Origin: an uncultured delta proteobacterium | GTDB taxonomy: Bacteria; Desulfobacterota; Binatia; UBA9968 | Reading direction: 5' to 3' | NCBI GenBank assembly: GCA_963727625.1 | Contig: CAVSHR010000014.1 | Location: 32,889 to 96,888, forward strand | Length of the DNA: 64,000 nt | In this document: positions 30,829-40,520 of the stretch, piece by piece | How positions within the stretch are numbered: position 1 is the first letter of the stretch | Layout: each line of letters begins with the position of its first letter | The notes under the pieces: generated by a model | Told to the model about the DNA's origin: nothing | Databases searched by the model: none | What the model saw: the letters and a program-made list of their open reading frames with translations, nothing else | Translations under genes and position numbers: made by a program

Positions 30829-31041
30829 ATGTGGAACAAAGATGAAATCAAAGGCAAGGGCAAGCAAATTTCCGGCGCGGCAAAGAATAAAGTCGGGGAA
30901 TTGATCAAGGATCCCAAATTCGAAGCCAAGGGGGAAGCTGAACGTGTCGCAGGTAAGATTCAGGAGAAAACCGGCGAAGCGCGCCGAAAAACCGGTGAAG
31001 CGATTAAAAAGGCCGGCAAGGCGATCGCCGGAAAACTATAG
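30829..31041 (+). CDS. CsbD family general stress protein
   Basis: MWNKDEIKGKGKQISG..K.KVG.L..D...EAKGE; GAGGAGG RBS. Confidence 0.92.
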   Translation: MWNKDEIKGKGKQISGAAKNKVGELIKDPKFEAKGEAERVAGKIQEKTGEARRKTGEAIKKAGKAIAGKL

Positions 31042-31130
31042 TTAGGGAGTCTCACGTCATCGGTCAATGACAATTCCTGGCGGCAACAGAGAGGAGGCGA
31101 TTTTCATGGAACTCTCTGCCGCCGGGAAAT

Positions 31131-31591
31131 GTGGTGAGGATCTCATGCTGCAAAGCAGGTAAGGCCATAATCTATTCTTCATCGCCGTTTTCCCGCTTCG
31201 CGAAATGGACCGCACGAGCGACGGGCCATCCGGCGGCATTCATCAGCGCCGCTTTGATCATCGTGGTCTGGGGCGTCACAGGACCGATCTTCAAGTTTAG
31301 CGACACGTGGCAATTGGTCATCAACACCGGCACGACGATCGTGACATTCTTAATGGTATTCTTGATTCAAAATACCCAGAATCGCGACAGCCACGCGGTC
31401 CAACTGAAACTCGACGAACTGATTCGCGCGGTGAGCGGCGCGCACAATGCCTTGCTCGATCTCGAAGGCCTTGAAGACACAGACCTCTGGAGCAGTTTCG
31501 CGCTCGCTATGAAGAGCTCGCACGCATGGCACGCGAAGTGTTGCGTCGTGGCGAATTGGATACCGGCACCCCGGAAGTCAAACCGGACTAG
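31131..31591 (+). pseudogene. Low-affinity iron permease (Fet4-like) family protein, frameshifted near 31486
   Basis: FSDTWQLVINTGTTIVTFLMVFLIQNTQNRD..A.QLKLDELI. The tail LEQFRARYEELAR...DTGTPEVKPD* is in another frame after CTCT. Confidence 0.8.
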
Positions 31592-31629
31592 GTCACAAGT
31601 TTCGGCTAACGGCCGTTAACCGAACCATT

Positions 31630-31753
31630 CGACCTTTTGGTCGAGCGATTCGACTCCCACGACGATTCCTTCATACTGGTTGATCCAAAAACTGAATGAA
31701 ATGGTAGGAAATCATAGCCTTTTTGAAACACAAGTTCTGGCACACAACCTGCA
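31630..31753 (+). promoter_or_regulatory. Enhancer-like element plus sigma54 promoter TGGCACACAACCTGC (31738)
   Basis: CGACCTTTTGGTCGA-N5-TCGAC; 108 bp spacing. Confidence 0.8.
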
Positions 31754-31795
31754 TCTATAGAGTTAAGAGTAGACAAGTCAATTAAAGGAGAGATT

Positions 31796-31876
31796 ATGGA
31801 CACTGTATTGATCGTTATTTTAGTGTTGTTTTTGGTCGGTGGTGGGGGCTGGGGATATTCTCGTTGGCGCCGGTAG
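31796..31876 (+). CDS. 26-aa membrane microprotein
   Basis: AAAGGAG RBS; MDTVLIVILVLFLVGGGGWGYSRWRR; directly after a sigma54 promoter. Confidence 0.8.
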   Translation: MDTVLIVILVLFLVGGGGWGYSRWRR

Positions 31877-32075
31877 CGGCCATGGGCCATGGGGAACTTG
31901 GCGGAATTTGGATCGCTTGGGATTCGTGACCAGTATTTCGCTGCGAAACCGCATGGTCAGAGTGTTCGATGACCGGCTACTTGCAGGATAGCTGATCGAC
32001 CCAACTTTCAGGGATAACCCACATTGTACAATAACCCGGTCGCCGACAAATCAAGATGAAAGTTTAGAGGGATTT

Positions 32076-32300
32076 ATGACGAAGCAAATCGAAATTCACG
32101 GTCAGCTCGTCAAACTCTATAGCTTGGACGCAGGCCGTACCTGGTCGAGCAGCCCGCAATCGATCGTTGCCTATGGACACCGGAAAACGGCGCTGCGCTT
32201 GGAAGTACAAAAAAGTTTTAAACGTATAGATGAGGCGGAGCAGCCCAATTCGGATCGTATTGGCGTTCTAAACATACCCTTGAACTTTGTCGGACGTTGA
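32076..32300 (+). CDS. Hypothetical protein of the KQIEIHG...GRTWSSSP family (paralog of 61454)
   Basis: Clear paralog in the window; GAGG RBS. Confidence 0.75.
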   Translation: MTKQIEIHGQLVKLYSLDAGRTWSSSPQSIVAYGHRKTALRLEVQKSFKRIDEAEQPNSDRIGVLNIPLNFVGR

Positions 32301-32396
32301 GGCGAAGACCCTTGGTCAGACTGCTCCTTTTCTCGTAATGTTGTGCGCGCCCGGATCGACGGTCGTCCGATTCCGCAAAAGAAAGGAGAAACTAAC

Positions 32397-32471
32397 ATGA
32401 ACAATATTTTTTACATCGTGGGTGTCGTTGTTGTGGTGCTCTTCGTTGCCGGTTATCTCGGACTGAGATAG
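32397..32471 (+). CDS. 24-aa membrane microprotein
   Basis: AAAGGAG RBS; MNNIFYIVGVVVVVLFVAGYLGLR. Confidence 0.75.
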   Translation: MNNIFYIVGVVVVVLFVAGYLGLR

Positions 32472-32715
32472 TCCGGGAGCGTGGCGAATGACAAAAAAGC
32501 CACTCCAATACGCTTGCTGGCAACGCTCGAATAGGGCGCTTGTCAATCCCGCCTTCGTCTCCCGGACACCGGAGATCTTACCGGGGCACGCGCCATCAAA
32601 TAATCCGGCAAGGCCGCGCCGCGGTGCCGAGCATTCCTACACACACGACCAAGTGTGACGGCGAGCCGTTCCCAACAGGAAATGAGGCAGTGGTTGCAAG
32701 GAGGAGAGGACGCCA

Positions 32716-33336
32716 ATGAACCCGTTTACAGAGCCGGCGGCGACTGTGGTCATCGAACAAAAGGGAGATACCACACCCCGTCAGGTTTTTCTTTTCAGCG
32801 GTCATATGGTCGACGGCCCCGACCGTTCCACAGCGCGCTTTCCGGCCGATAAGGAGCCGCTCGCGGCGGCGGCGATCGGCGCGCTGCTCGACGAATTAAG
32901 CGCCAACGCGGCTGATGTGGTGGGGATCTCAAGCGCTGCCTGCGGCGGAGATCTACTCTTTGCCGAAGCCTGTTTAAAACGCAAAATGCCAGTGGAAATC
33001 TACTTGCCATTCATGGAAGATGACTTCCTCAAAGAGTCCGTCGATTTCGCCGGCGAGCATTGGCGGCAGAAGTTTTTTGCGGTTAAGGAGCGCAGCCAGG
33101 GTTGGCACATAATGCCGCATGACCTGGGCCCTACGCCCGCTGGAGAAGACTCCTTTGCCTGCGTCAATCTATGGATGCTCGATCAAGCGCTCGCTTACGG
33201 AGCCGCCAAAGTCAGCTTCATTTGTCTGTGGGACCGCCGAGCCGGTGACGGGCCGGGTGGAACGAAGCATTTGCATGATGCCGTCGTTCAGGCCTCTGGC
33301 AAGGCCTATGTGATCGATACGACCAAGCTCTGGTAA
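32716..33336 (+). CDS. Stand-alone SLOG-superfamily-like domain protein
   Basis: LFSGHMVD..R...RFP, SAACGGDLLFAE, LP....F...SV, LWD...GDGPGGT.H. Confidence 0.65.
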   Translation: MNPFTEPAATVVIEQKGDTTPRQVFLFSGHMVDGPDRSTARFPADKEPLAAAAIGALLDELSANAADVVGISSAACGGDLLFAEACLKRKMPVEIYLPFMEDDFLKESVDFAGEHWRQKFFAVKERSQGWHIMPHDLGPTPAGEDSFACVNLWMLDQALAYGAAKVSFICLWDRRAGDGPGGTKHLHDAVVQASGKAYVIDTTKLW

Positions 33337-33380
33337 AGCTCTCACGTTCATCCTCCCGCGCGGCCTGTCGGAATCTAAGC

Positions 33381-33504
33381 CGACCGTTTGGTCGACAATT
33401 TCGACGCTTTTAACGAGCGGTTTTTTCGTTTTCCTCTGACAGCTTCAATAACCCTTCGGAAACGCAACGCTTTCCTCGACGCGGGTTTAGGCACGGTTAG
33501 TGCT
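33381..33504 (+). promoter_or_regulatory. Enhancer-like element plus sigma54 promoter AGGCACGGTTAGTGC (33489)
   Basis: CGACCGTTTGGTCGA-N5-TCGAC; 108 bp spacing. Confidence 0.78.
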
Positions 33505-33552
33505 CCGTATAATCGGCGTCAGAAAACTAAATCCAAAACTAGGAGTTATACA

Positions 33553-33702
33553 ATGCGACCAATAATCTTCGCGACACTCATGATGTTGGGTCTGCTGGCC
33601 ACCAACATCGCTTGCAACACGGTTCACGGTATCGGCCAAGACGTCGAACGGGCCGGCGAGAAGACTCAGGACGCGGCGGATGCCGTGAAAAAGAAATTGT
33701 AA
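33553..33702 (+). CDS. Entericidin A/B family lipoprotein
   Basis: ACNTVHGIGQDVERAGE; AGGAG RBS. Confidence 0.9.
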   Translation: MRPIIFATLMMLGLLATNIACNTVHGIGQDVERAGEKTQDAADAVKKKL

Positions 33703-33788
33703 TGCCGATGCTCAATAGGTCCAAAGATATTTAGGTAAAAGAGCCCCGTTAGGGGAGTCCAGGACCGGTGAAGTTTTTTTTTCGATTG

Positions 33789-33830
33789 GTCTCTTATTGG
33801 ACAGAACTATTTAACTCGACCGGGTATTTT
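33789..33830 (+). promoter_or_regulatory. Crp-type box plus -10 TATTTT
   Basis: GTCTCTTATTGGAC-N22-TATTTT. Confidence 0.72.
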
Positions 33831-33952
33831 TCAGGAAGTTTAAACATGGCGGTCCGCCCTGAGATTAGTGGAAATCCTTCCGCTAAGTCTGGCTATACTC
33901 GCGAATCAGTAAAGCCGAAGGGAAGGATAGATGTTTGGTTAGGAGTAAATTT

Positions 33953-34579
33953 ATGAATCCATTCAATCGCGCCGCCTCCTGTGCCGTTCTTGGTTTGGCG
34001 TTGACGGTCAGTGCCGGTTGCAGCGACAACATCGCCCTGATCGGCAGACCCGCGCTACAATTGGACCCAGAGGAGATCTTCGCAGAGATCGACCGGGTCG
34101 ATATTTCGTCCCGCCAGATTCATTTGCGACCGGAAAATAGCCGCGACCGGGTGGTCGGTTATAGCACCGATGCCCGTGTGCTTTATCAGGGTCGAGAATA
34201 CTCGATCGCCCAATTGGAAAAAGGAGATAAGGTCTCCATGCAACTGAAACAGGACTCTCGCGGCAACGCCTATACGAATTTGATCCGCGTCCAGGAAAGC
34301 ATCCAGGATCGGAATCAGAGCCGGCGCGGTGATGCCAGTTCAGATTCCAGGCTCCAGATGGTCGACGGGCGGGTGGAGCGGCTGGATTTCCAACGCAGAT
34401 CTTTCGAAATCAGCGATCCGTCCCGAGACCGGGTGATCGTTTCTCTTTCATCCAACGCCCAGAGATCGGATATGGATCGTTTCCGCGCGCTGCGAAATGG
34501 AGATTACGTCAGAGTCGAGGGAAGATTCCTCAATCGTGAACGTTTTGAGTTGGACAGTTTCCTACGGGAGAACCGTTAG
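33953..34579 (+). CDS. Lipoprotein with two small beta-rich (DUF5666/OB-like) domains
   Basis: SAGC lipobox; paralogs at 40107, 52844 and 59267. Confidence 0.8.
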   Translation: MNPFNRAASCAVLGLALTVSAGCSDNIALIGRPALQLDPEEIFAEIDRVDISSRQIHLRPENSRDRVVGYSTDARVLYQGREYSIAQLEKGDKVSMQLKQDSRGNAYTNLIRVQESIQDRNQSRRGDASSDSRLQMVDGRVERLDFQRRSFEISDPSRDRVIVSLSSNAQRSDMDRFRALRNGDYVRVEGRFLNRERFELDSFLRENR

Positions 34580-34735
34580 CCGATTGCTCGTCAGCCTTCT
34601 TGTGCGTCGAGGATGGAAACGCGACGCGGTTGCTTCGAAATATAGCGATTTCATTTCTCGTCGACGAGCACGCTGAATGGCAAAAGAAACAGGACGAAAA
34701 AACTGCATTTCAAAATTAAGGCATGGAGGTGATTT

Positions 34736-35047
34736 ATGATCCGCGCAGTCAAATCGTTGTCAGTGGCATTGGTGGTTTTATTTTTCATGACCGGCTGCCA
34801 AGCCATGACCGGCGAGACCATGGGGCAGAACATCGATGACGGAACTCTTACTTCCTACGTCAAGACCAAACTGGCGTCGGATAAAATCAACAGTCTGACC
34901 CGCGTGGGCGTCGAGACCAACAACGGCGTCGTTTATCTAACCGGCGAAGTCGAGACCTCGGAGCAGAAGTCCCGCAGCGGCGCTCTCGCGTTCGAAGTCA
35001 AGGGCGTCAGGCAAGTCGTCAACAATCTGCAAGTCATCAGGCGTTAG
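34736..35047 (+). CDS. BON-domain lipoprotein (paralog of 17501)
   Basis: Collinear with 17501, e.g. FFMTGCQAMTG and VETNNG. Confidence 0.92.
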   Translation: MIRAVKSLSVALVVLFFMTGCQAMTGETMGQNIDDGTLTSYVKTKLASDKINSLTRVGVETNNGVVYLTGEVETSEQKSRSGALAFEVKGVRQVVNNLQVIRR

Positions 35048-35091
35048 AGACGTACAGATCCAACAAGGACATTTAAAAACAGGAAAAAATT

Positions 35092-35394
35092 ATGACAACG
35101 AACGGCGAATCGAAATTCTCATACTTACTAATCGGTCTCGGTCTGGGAGCCATCGGCGGGCTGATGGCTGCGATCTTGGCCCACAAAGAGACGCGCGAGA
35201 CGCTCCGCGATCGCGGCGGTAGAAGCCTAGACTCCCTGAATCAGCAGGTGGGCAAGCTGCGCGAGACGGCCGACGTGATCGTGCAACAGGGAAAGAAGCT
35301 CATCGCTTGCAAGGACTCCGACTCGGTCCGCCAATCTACGGAGGCCGATCAGCAGGCCTATCATGAAGACCGGCGAGAAAACTTGGGGGGCTAA
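35092..35394 (+). CDS. YtxH-domain protein (paralog of 17858)
   Basis: Near-identical N-terminus TNGESKFSYLLIGLGLGAIGGLMAA. Confidence 0.8.
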   Translation: MTTNGESKFSYLLIGLGLGAIGGLMAAILAHKETRETLRDRGGRSLDSLNQQVGKLRETADVIVQQGKKLIACKDSDSVRQSTEADQQAYHEDRRENLGG

Positions 35395-35436
35395 GATTCT
35401 CGCTTACCGGTCTTCAAGAAGAATCGGGAGCTAATC

Positions 35437-35610
35437 ATGATCTGGCTTATCTTCGCGATGCTTTTAGTTTTGGGCGTAGTGGCATTATTCGTTCCCTACA
35501 CGGTGGTTGGAAGCGTCATCCAAATCGTTGCGGCTGGCATATTTGTCTGGATCGGGATCTATCGCATACTTGCGATATCGAAGCGCATGCGGCGGTATCA
35601 AGGCATTTAA
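35437..35610 (+). CDS. Small membrane protein, diverged lmo0937/DUF5670-like (57 aa)
   Basis: MIWLIFAMLLVLGVVALFVPYTVVGSVIQI...; same syntenic slot as 18529. Confidence 0.6.
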   Translation: MIWLIFAMLLVLGVVALFVPYTVVGSVIQIVAAGIFVWIGIYRILAISKRMRRYQGI

Positions 35611-35643
35611 TTATTTGCGCGCCGGTTAACAAGGGAAAACCAT

Positions 35644-35874
35644 ATGCGTACCAGCCCGCTGGCACTTATTGGAATCGCTCTTATCGTTCTTGGAATCGTC
35701 GCTTTCGCCTACCGCGGAATCCCGTATACAAGCCGCGAAAAGGTGATCGATATCAGCCCGGGCCAGGCCAGTGCTGACACCAGGAAGACCATCCCCATGT
35801 CACCGCTCTTGATAGCTTTGGCACTTGCAAGCGGGGCCGTGCTGGTAATGATCGGAGCCAAGAAGTCGTCTTAG
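35644..35874 (+). CDS. DUF3185-like membrane protein (paralog)
   Basis: GIVAFAYRGIPYTSREKVIDI...GAKKSS. Confidence 0.82.
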   Translation: MRTSPLALIGIALIVLGIVAFAYRGIPYTSREKVIDISPGQASADTRKTIPMSPLLIALALASGAVLVMIGAKKSS

Positions 35875-36057
35875 CGGCAATTGAGGTTCGCGCAGGCCGG
35901 CAATGTCGAAGTGAAAATGAAGGCGAATCAGTTTCTAAGAAGGTGTTTGAGTGGAAATTGAGATGGTCAGCGTGTTTGTCATGCTCGGGGTCATGCTCCT
36001 GGCGATTGGGCTGGGTATTCAGACGCTCAGGGGATGAATTGGGCGGAGGCATTTCCT

Positions 36058-37290
36058 ATGAAAGGACAGATGAACCCAAGAACCGGCGCTCGAACAATTC
36101 ATCGAATCGCGATCCTCGGTAACTACTTGCCGCGCCAGTGCGGCATCGCTACTTTCACCACCGATCTCAGCGGCGCCATCCACCAGGAGGTCTCGAGTGC
36201 CGATTGCTTTGTGGTCGCGATGAACGATGCCGGTAAAAGTTATGCGTATCCGCCGCAGGTTCGCTTCGAGGTGCCAGAGAGCGATATCGCTTCGTACCGG
36301 GTCGCCGCGGATTTTTTGAACGCCAGCAAGATCGATGTCGTGTCCGTGCAGCATGAGTACGGTATCTTCGGCGGCAAGGCCGGTCGCTACCTGCTCACGC
36401 TCCTGCGCAAGTTGCGCATGCCGATCGTGACCACCCTTCACACCATCCTCGGCAAGCCGGATTCCATGCAGCGTCGAGCGATGAACGAGATTGCCCGGCT
36501 GTCGGAGCGGCTGGTCGTCATGAGCGCACGCGGCGCCGCTCTCCTCCATAATGTTCACGGCGTACCCGAGGACAAGATCGACATCATCCCGCACGGTATA
36601 CCGAGCGTGCCGAACGCTTCAATCAACAAGAAAGAACTCGGGATCGAAGGCAACTCGGTGATTCTAACATTTGGCCTGTTAACGCCGGATAAAGGGATCG
36701 AGTATGTCATCGAGGCGCTGCCGGCGATTCTTGCGCGCTACCCCGACACGGTTTACATCGTGCTTGGAGCCACCCATCCCCATGTAAGAGAGCGCTACGG
36801 CGAGAGCTACCGCGAAAGCCTCCAGCGCCGCGCTCAAGATCTCGGCGTGGAATCCAGCATGATCTTTGACGATCGTTTCGTCAGCCACGGCGAACTCGTC
36901 AAGTTTCTCTCCGCCGCTGACATCTATGTAACACCCTATCTCAACCCGGAACAAAGCACGTCCGGGACGTTGGCCTATGCGGTGGGCGCGGGCAAAGCGG
37001 TCATCTCGACGCCTTATCTTTATGCGCGCGAACTCCTCGCTGACGGGCGCGGCATGATGGTGCCATGGCGAGACTCAGAGACCATCGGACGCGCGGTAGT
37101 GGATCTCCTGGGCGATGATGCCAAACGCCTGGCCCTCTGCGCCCGGGCCGCCGCTCACGGGCGCAACATGGTCTGGCCCGCGGTCGCGCGCCGCTACCTG
37201 CAAAGCTTCGACCGGGCATGCGGTCTGGAACAATCGACGCCTCGGGTTAGCCGGCGATTACCGGTTCGATCTTCCCGTGTCTCAACTTGA
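36058..37290 (+). CDS. Glycosyltransferase family 4 protein (paralog of the N-terminal half of 2660; lacks the C-terminal domain)
   Basis: NYLPRQCGIATFTTDL, HEYGIFGG, SGTLAYAVGAGKAVISTPY. Confidence 0.9.
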   Translation: MKGQMNPRTGARTIHRIAILGNYLPRQCGIATFTTDLSGAIHQEVSSADCFVVAMNDAGKSYAYPPQVRFEVPESDIASYRVAADFLNASKIDVVSVQHEYGIFGGKAGRYLLTLLRKLRMPIVTTLHTILGKPDSMQRRAMNEIARLSERLVVMSARGAALLHNVHGVPEDKIDIIPHGIPSVPNASINKKELGIEGNSVILTFGLLTPDKGIEYVIEALPAILARYPDTVYIVLGATHPHVRERYGESYRESLQRRAQDLGVESSMIFDDRFVSHGELVKFLSAADIYVTPYLNPEQSTSGTLAYAVGAGKAVISTPYLYARELLADGRGMMVPWRDSETIGRAVVDLLGDDAKRLALCARAAAHGRNMVWPAVARRYLQSFDRACGLEQSTPRVSRRLPVRSSRVST

Positions 37291-37447
37291 GAAACCTGGT
37301 GAGGCCAAAAAAAACTTAACGATACAAAGAGATTAGCGAGTCATTTATTCTAACAACGAGCGAAGATTCAGGTTTAGCGAGTCGTATAACTGATCATGAG
37401 TAGGCGTTATGGAAAATTTACGTGCCCAAGTAACCAGGAGAAGTACC

Positions 37448-38473
37448 ATGAAAATTAATATCTTAGATCGGATGGCGATGGCGATGGTCATCGGCACCCT
37501 GTCACTACCCGCGATCAGCATAGCCGCCGACAGCCAGCGAGAAGCGCAGGAAGCGCAAGAGCGCGATCAGCATGAAAAGCAGCAAGAACAAAAGCGGTTT
37601 CAACGAAAATCAGAGCAAGAAGAGAAACAACAGCAACATCGCGTTCAGCAGGAACAGAAGCAGCAAGAGCAAAAACAAAACAAGCAGCAGCGCGAGCGGG
37701 CACAGCGACAATCGGACCAGGACAGGAATGAACAGCGCGCCCAGCAACAGCAGCAACAAAATCAACGACAGCAGCAAGAACGGATTCAGCGTCAATCAGA
37801 CAAAAACCAGAAACAAGAGCGTGCGCAGGAACAGCGGAGGCAAGAGCAAAGCCGCCAACAGAGACAACAGCGTCTGTCACAGCAACAGCAACAAAAACTT
37901 ATTCATCAACAGCAACAACGCGTGGCGCAGTACCGTCAGCATCTGGAACAGGAGGAGCGTCTCGCACGAGAGCGTGCAACACAGCTACAGCAACAAAAGC
38001 GCAGGGCACAGTACCGTTATCAGGAAGAGTATTTAGAGCACCTGCGCCAGCAGCAGATACGTCTTCGAAACGAGCGGTTTGATTACGATCATGACCCGTA
38101 TTTCCATTCGGCTCCGATCTATCGTTACAATCGTGGCGGCAGGTATTACGAGACCAACGAATACGGCGCGAAAATGCTACGACAGGCAGTGAACTATGGT
38201 TATGAACAAGGCTTCCGCGCCGGAAAGGCAGACCGGGACGACCGATGGCGTGGCAACTACAAAGACTCTTATGCCTATAGGGACGCAAACTACGGCTACA
38301 GTGGCTATTACCTAGACCGGAGCGACTACAACCACTACTTCCGCGAGGGTTTCCGACGCGGTTATGAAGATGGTTACAATAGCCGGTATCGATATGGGCG
38401 CCACTCTAACGGCAACTATTCCATCTTGGATACCATTTTGTCACAAATCCTCAATTTCCGGGCTATTCGCTGA
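37448..38473 (+). CDS. Secreted Gln/Glu/Arg-rich coiled-coil protein with Tyr/Arg/Gly-rich C-terminal domain
   Basis: Signal peptide, long Q-rich tract, GYEQGFRAG...FREGFRRGYEDGY motifs; AGGAG RBS. Confidence 0.85.
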   Translation: MKINILDRMAMAMVIGTLSLPAISIAADSQREAQEAQERDQHEKQQEQKRFQRKSEQEEKQQQHRVQQEQKQQEQKQNKQQRERAQRQSDQDRNEQRAQQQQQQNQRQQQERIQRQSDKNQKQERAQEQRRQEQSRQQRQQRLSQQQQQKLIHQQQQRVAQYRQHLEQEERLARERATQLQQQKRRAQYRYQEEYLEHLRQQQIRLRNERFDYDHDPYFHSAPIYRYNRGGRYYETNEYGAKMLRQAVNYGYEQGFRAGKADRDDRWRGNYKDSYAYRDANYGYSGYYLDRSDYNHYFREGFRRGYEDGYNSRYRYGRHSNGNYSILDTILSQILNFRAIR

Positions 38474-38619
38474 CGCCCGAGAGGATCGCCCTGAACAAGC
38501 GGCGCCCGGCCACTTACGAGAAACGTGAGCGGAGCCGGGCGCTGCTCCATCGGACACTACAGTTTGGTCGGATTGACTGGCAACGCCCGAGGCGTGGGGT
38601 CGGGCAGACGGAATAAGTC

Positions 38620-38705
38620 GTTTTGCTTGATCGTTGCTGCGGCGCAGTCAACACTGGGACTGCTCACTTCGTACACGATGGGAGGGTTCATCCACACTCT
38701 ATGGC
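38620..38705 (+). pseudogene. Decayed lmo0937/DUF5670 copy
   Basis: TLGLLTSYTMGGFIHTL matches 18529 and 58302. Confidence 0.6.
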
Positions 38706-38942
38706 TACTGAGGCAACGGGGCATACCGAGGCACCCAAATCGGCTGGCACTCTGGGCAGCCGACGCGCGCCGGATGTCAAAAATTTCTCAGACATCCGGA
38801 TGCCTGCGTTCGCTGCCGCCGCCGAATTGCCGAAGGTATTATGGAACAACCCTTTGAGACAGCACCCTAACCATCGATGCATCGCTCATCGAGAGAGAGG
38901 ATCTGGGAATGTTTTGCTACGAGCTCTCTCGAGGTGATCGGA

Positions 38943-39065
38943 TCATTTCACGACGAGCGAAAAAGTTTTGTTCTCTTTTTTGGCCCGTTTCGCGGCTCTT
39001 TTTTCCATCAGGGTCTTCAGCGGTTTCTTCTTGTCTTGCCTTTTAGTGTCCTTGCCTTTGCTCAT
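38943..39065 (-). CDS. 40-aa Lys-rich basic microprotein
   Basis: AAAAGGAG RBS; MSKGKDTKRQDKKKPLKTLMEKRAAKRAKKENKTFSLVVK; downstream of a predicted Crp-type promoter. Confidence 0.75.
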   Translation of the reverse strand: MSKGKDTKRQDKKKPLKTLMEKRAAKRAKKENKTFSLVVK

Positions 39066-39139
39066 GATTGTTACTCCTTTTTACGCCGATTTGTTGGTAG
39101 TTCTAAAAAACACAAGATGACTTCCCTCCACTTTTCTTC

Positions 39140-39181
39140 ATGATGCGCTTTCTCGGCGACCGGTGCTGTCCAATATTGAAC
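39140..39181 (-). promoter_or_regulatory. Crp-type box (39168-39181) plus -10 CATCAT
   Basis: Minus strand GTTCAATATTGGAC-N22-CATCAT. Confidence 0.78.
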
Positions 39182-39427
39182 AATCCCTAAAATAATTTCT
39201 ACAGCGCCGCTTTACACGATCGGGCGACAATAAACAGAAGATCCCGTGCGGATTGTCAATGCGCGGCCGGCGGAAAATGCCGGAGCGACATCCCATCTCC
39301 TGTGCGGCAAACCGTCGCTCCGTTCCCGGTGCTTGATCGGTCCGCTAGCCTTTGAGAGATCGCGACACCGGACTTCTGCTGGCCGCCGATCGGGATTGCT
39401 TGATAGTACAAATCGTTCTTTTTCGGT

Positions 39428-39552
39428 CGACCCTTTGGTCGACGGCTTCGACTGTTCCGCCGAACCATTTCCCCATTTCCTTCCGGCGCGATCAACAATC
39501 TCTCGCAATATTCAGCCTGTCCCCGAGCGCGGGCACTGGCACGTTAGCTGCT
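39428..39552 (+). promoter_or_regulatory. Enhancer-like element plus sigma54 promoter TGGCACGTTAGCTGC (39537), heading the DUF3309-lipoprotein-lipoprotein-crp operon
   Basis: CGACCCTTTGGTCGA-N5-TCGAC; 109 bp spacing. Confidence 0.8.
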
Positions 39553-39596
39553 AATATACTCAGTGATGGACGCGAATTGAAAGAAGGTAACGCACT

Positions 39597-39746
39597 ATGG
39601 GCCTGATACTGTTGATCGTTTTGATTCTGTTTCTGGTTGGCGGTTTGCCCAACTGGGGTTTTCACAGCTTTGGGTTTGCTCCCTCGGGTGTTGCCGGTGT
39701 GGTGCTACTGTTTGTTGTGGTTCTGCTCTTGACCGGGCGGCTTTGA
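39597..39746 (+). CDS. DUF3309 family membrane protein (copy 2)
   Basis: MGLILLIVLILFLVGGLPNWGFHSFGFAPSG...TGRL. Confidence 0.88.
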   Translation: MGLILLIVLILFLVGGLPNWGFHSFGFAPSGVAGVVLLFVVVLLLTGRL

Positions 39747-39804
39747 TGGCTTTGCAAACAGGGGTGTAAACTTTTAGCAATTCTACGCATAGTGTTCCGT
39801 CTTA

Positions 39805-39830
39805 GGTTACTCGAAATTGTTCCAGCAAGC
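39805..39830. repeat. 26-bp imperfect palindrome, copy 2
   Basis: GGTTACTCGAA-ATTG-TTCCAGCAAGC. Confidence 0.5.
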
Positions 39831-39870
39831 CTGACGTGACCCTCTAACAAGTCAACCAAGGGAGGTTGAG

Positions 39871-40098
39871 ATGAAAAAATTAATGTTGGCGTTGGTGCTT
39901 CTGGTCGGTGTCAGTCAAAGCGGTTGCGCGTTCCTGGGCGGAGCGGTGGTGGGAGCCCTGGGCACAAGTGCGGGATATGAAATTAACGCCCATAGCAAAA
40001 TGGAAGACCTGGAGGCGGATTACAAAAGCGAGCGAATCTCGCGCGCAGAATACTTGAGCCGTAAGTCGCAGCTAGAAAAAGGCTCGATCATTTATTAG
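39871..40098 (+). CDS. Small glycine-zipper lipoprotein (paralog of 17167)
   Basis: QSGC lipobox; ERISRAEY...GSIIY. Confidence 0.85.
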   Translation: MKKLMLALVLLVGVSQSGCAFLGGAVVGALGTSAGYEINAHSKMEDLEADYKSERISRAEYLSRKSQLEKGSIIY

Positions 40099-40106
40099 GA
40101 GGCGTC

Positions 40107-40505
40107 ATGAAGTCACTCAATCATACAGTCCCGATCATCGCCCTGGCAGTGACAGTGGCCGCGACTGCACTCGCAGGCTGCAGCGGCAACACGGCGCTGA
40201 TCGGGCGAGAGACCCTGCCCGCCAGGGCCAGTCAACCGGCGCAGAACGAAATGGTCGGGACAGTGGAGCGAATCGATACGGGTACGAGCGAGATACACCT
40301 TCGAGCCAGTGCCGGTCATCCGGGAATGGTTACGTATAGCGCGGAGACCCGGGTGATGTATCTTGGGCGGGTCTATCCGGTCAGCCAATTGCGATTTGGC
40401 GATGTCGTGGCCATGCAAATGGAAAAGGACTCTCGCGGCAATCCCCATACGCACCTGATCGACCTGCAAAAGAGCACTGGAGATTGGGCTCAGCGCCAAA
40501 ATTAG
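40107..40505 (+). CDS. Lipoprotein with one beta-rich domain (paralog of the N-half of 33953)
   Basis: LAGC lipobox; GTVERID..EIHLR..TRVMYLGR.YPVSQL..GD. Confidence 0.8.
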   Translation: MKSLNHTVPIIALAVTVAATALAGCSGNTALIGRETLPARASQPAQNEMVGTVERIDTGTSEIHLRASAGHPGMVTYSAETRVMYLGRVYPVSQLRFGDVVAMQMEKDSRGNPHTHLIDLQKSTGDWAQRQN

Positions 40506-40520
40506 CCTGAACCGCGACCC

